Shown here: piece by piece, positions 61,326 through 64,000 of the stretch
Numbering within the stretch: the first letter of the stretch is position 1
How the letters are laid out: every line of letters starts with the position of its first letter
Source: the human T2T-CHM13v2.0 reference genome, Homo sapiens
DNA: 64,000 nucleotides
Assembly: GCF_009914755.1 (NCBI RefSeq)
Contig: NC_060939.1
Direction: 5' to 3' (one strand)
The notes under the pieces: model-generated
The model's database searches: none
What the model was told of the DNA's origin: nothing
The model's input: only the letters and a program-made list of their open reading frames with translations
Made by a program: the position numbers and the translations under genes

Positions 61326-62479
61326 CACTCACATACAAATAATCAAAGAAAAATCTATTTCTATCTATAAGGCAATCTACATTGAGATTTTGAGAGAAAA
61401 ATTATCTAATTCTGCTGGAGCTCACTTGTGCTAGTACATTCAATTTACTTAAATTATTTTTAACTCAGTCTGAAGCAATAACATTATATTACTACACTGC
61501 ATTCAGAGTTCTGTAAACAGTAGGTAGGTAGCTGCATGACTGAAAGCAAAATAATCCCTCCCAAGACAAAAAATTTCCCCTGAAGACTAATTCCTGCCTC
61601 TCACTTTATAAGCCAAAATTGAATTCAACCTCAAAATAGCAGCATTTTATCTCCAAAAATTTCAAACTCAGTCTTATTGGCTCCCTGTTATAATTAAATT
61701 GTAAAGTCTTTTGGAGTTCTTCATCTTCATATGTCACGTGATGATAGTACATTGGACAAAAAAAGGCTGTCAGTAAACATTTGCAAAGTTGAACTGACTT
61801 GATGTCAAGGATCTGCTTAGCAGGTATTTTTGATGTGGGAACAAACCTGGGATAGTGACTTGCAGAGACCCTTAATCCTTGTGTCCATTCAAAATGAAAG
61901 AAAACAGCTCTGGGGAAAGGCTGGTGATTTTTCCTGGCAGGCTGGAACGAGGTGCGCATGCACAGGAAGCGGGCTACCTGAACTAACTTAGCCTATCCTC
62001 TAACAAAAAGTCGTAATTGCTATACAGATTTTGGATTCAAACAAGCTACTTAAGCCAAGCTATTTGCTCCAGAACTTCAAACACTTTTGTAATCCCGTCA
62101 TGTTAAGTAGGCATGTGTTCCCACAAATATTTTTGTGAGTTGTGTTGATAACTGTTCATAACTTCACAGCCCATAAGTTTCACCAGGCTTTTGGGCTCCA
62201 CTATATTGATATACCTGTTTCTTCAAAACTTGAATATCCAAGGCCTGCATGCACCAATCCAACGTAGCCTCAGCATTCAATAAATAGAATCTTTTGGGCA
62301 ATTAGGTTCTCCTGTGACTCATACTTCCTTTTCTTCCTGATTTTAAAGTGTAAGTCAATAGTTATAACATTTTCAGCCTGCAATATATTTTAATTAGGCT
62401 TATTTCATAAAGAAGTAAACCTTAACCGATAGCTAAAACAATTCACGAAGGCTCCAAATGCATCCACTGCATGAAGAAA

Positions 62480-62830
62480 ATGTTTTTTAATTATAACAAA
62501 CTGGGAACAGAAGGGAATTTCCTAAAATTGATAAAGAACATCTATTAAAAATACATGAAAGTTAATACTTAGTGGCAAACAATAGAAATATCCCTGGTCT
62601 ACTCAGAAACAAGATATGCATGCCTGCCATTTCTGACTTTATTCAACATTTGACTGGTCTACATATACAGCACAATAAAATAAGAAAATAAAGTAGAAAT
62701 ACAAGGATATGAAAGAAACACAATTGTTGCAATGAATAAAAGTAGGTTTCTAGACAAAGAATTTGCAAATAAAAAATAAGCAATGTTTCTATATACTAGC
62801 AATAATCAATTAGAAAATATAAGATCTTTT
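62480..62830 (+). mobile_element. Old L1M ORF2 fragment
   Basis: aacaaactgggaacagaagggaatttcctaaaattgataaagaacatcta...ttattcaacatt. Confidence 0.65.
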
Positions 62831-62859
62831 TCTCTAAAGGTTTCATCCACTGTAGGAAC

Positions 62860-64000
62860 AAAAATCCTAACCACCTCAACACACTAGGCACTGAAGGTAC
62901 ATACCTCAAAATAATAAGAGCCATCCGTGACAAACCCACAGCCAGCATCATACTGAACAGGCAAAAGCTGGAACCATTCCCCTTGAGAACTGGAACAAGA
63001 CATGAATGCCCACTCACACTACTTCTATTCAAAATAGTACTGGAAGTCCTGACCAGAGCAATCAGGCAAGAGGAAGAAATAAAGGGCATCCACATAGGAA
63101 AAGAAGAAATCAAACTATCTATTCCTGAAGACTCTGCCAAAAGGCTCCTAGAACTGATAAACAACTTCAGTAATGTTTCAGGATACAAAAATCAATGTAT
63201 AAAAATCTGTAGCATTTCTATACACCAATAACAATTGGTGTTTACTAACAATAGGTGTTCACTAACAATTGGTTCAAGCTGAGAGTCAAAACAAGAACAC
63301 AAACTATTTACAATAGCTAACGAAAATTAAAATATCTAAAAATACATCTAAACAAGGAGATGAAAGAACCCTGCAAGGAGAACTAAAACACACTGTTGAA
63401 AAAAACCAGAGATGACACAAACAAATGGAAAAACATTCCAGGCTCATGGATTAGAAGAAACAATATCATTATTATGGCCATACTGTCCATTCAACACTAT
63501 TCCTATCAAATACTAATGTCATTTTTCACAGAATTAGGAAAAATTATTCTAAAATACACATGGACCCAAAAGAGAGTCCAAATAGCCAAAGAACAAGATC
63601 AGAGGTATCACATTACCCAACTTCAAACTATACTACAAGGCTACAATAACCAAAACAGCATGGTTCTGATACAAAAATAGACACATAGGCCAATATAACA
63701 GAATAGAGATCCCTGAAATAAAGCCACATACCTACAGCTATCTGATCTTCAGCAAAATCAACAAAATAAGCAGTAGGGAAAGGACTCCCTATTCAATACA
63801 TGATGCCAGAATAGCTGGTGAGCCATATGCAGAAGAATGAAACTGGACACCTACCTATCACAATATACAAAAATTAATTCAAGATGAATTAAAGACTTAA
63901 GTGAAAGAATTCAAACTATAAAAATCCTAGAAGAAAACTTCAAAAACACTGTCCCAGACATCGGCTTTGAGAGATAATTTATGACTAAGGCCTTAAAAGC
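62860..64000 (+). mobile_element. 5'-truncated L1 (L1PA13-16/L1PB-like) ORF2, runs out of the window
   Basis: [45 protein letters not shown]; internal deletion spanning the FADD motif. Confidence 0.9.

Overview
This is primate genomic DNA, most likely human or great ape (AluY, L1PA3 and L1PA2-type inserts are present). It is AT-rich, dominated by transposable elements, and looks intergenic or deep-intronic. I recognise no host protein-coding gene, RNA gene, CRISPR array or prokaryotic system. Nearly all long ORFs in the track are broken LINE-1 ORF1/ORF2 remnants or Alu/LTR read-throughs. Main architecture: (i) two Alus inserted in tandem at one target site, leaving a triplicated TSD; (ii) a near-complete ancient HAL1 (minus, ~1.75-10.4 kb) carrying an Alu, an MLT2 LTR, a 5.2-kb L1PA8-like element (itself holding a 119-bp young L1 tail and an AluSc) and an AluY; (iii) a full-length L1PA7-like element (+, 26690-33460); (iv) a repeat-poor, motif-rich island at ~35.4-38.7 kb; (v) an old L1M interrupted by MSTA and by a full-length L1PA3 (-, 43921-50115) that keeps the ~129-bp ZNF93-site segment and an open, extended ORF0; (vi) many MIR, L2, MER, MLT and LTR relics. 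The most unusual signals are locally templated copy events: a perfect 23-bp inverted repeat forming a 70-nt pre-miRNA-sized hairpin inside an ancient MLT1 LTR (60999-61068), and a 162-bp inverted plus a ~100-bp direct templated insertion in one old L1. Subfamily names come from recalled consensus sequences and need RepeatMasker/Dfam confirmation. The sequence alone does not establish a new biological system.
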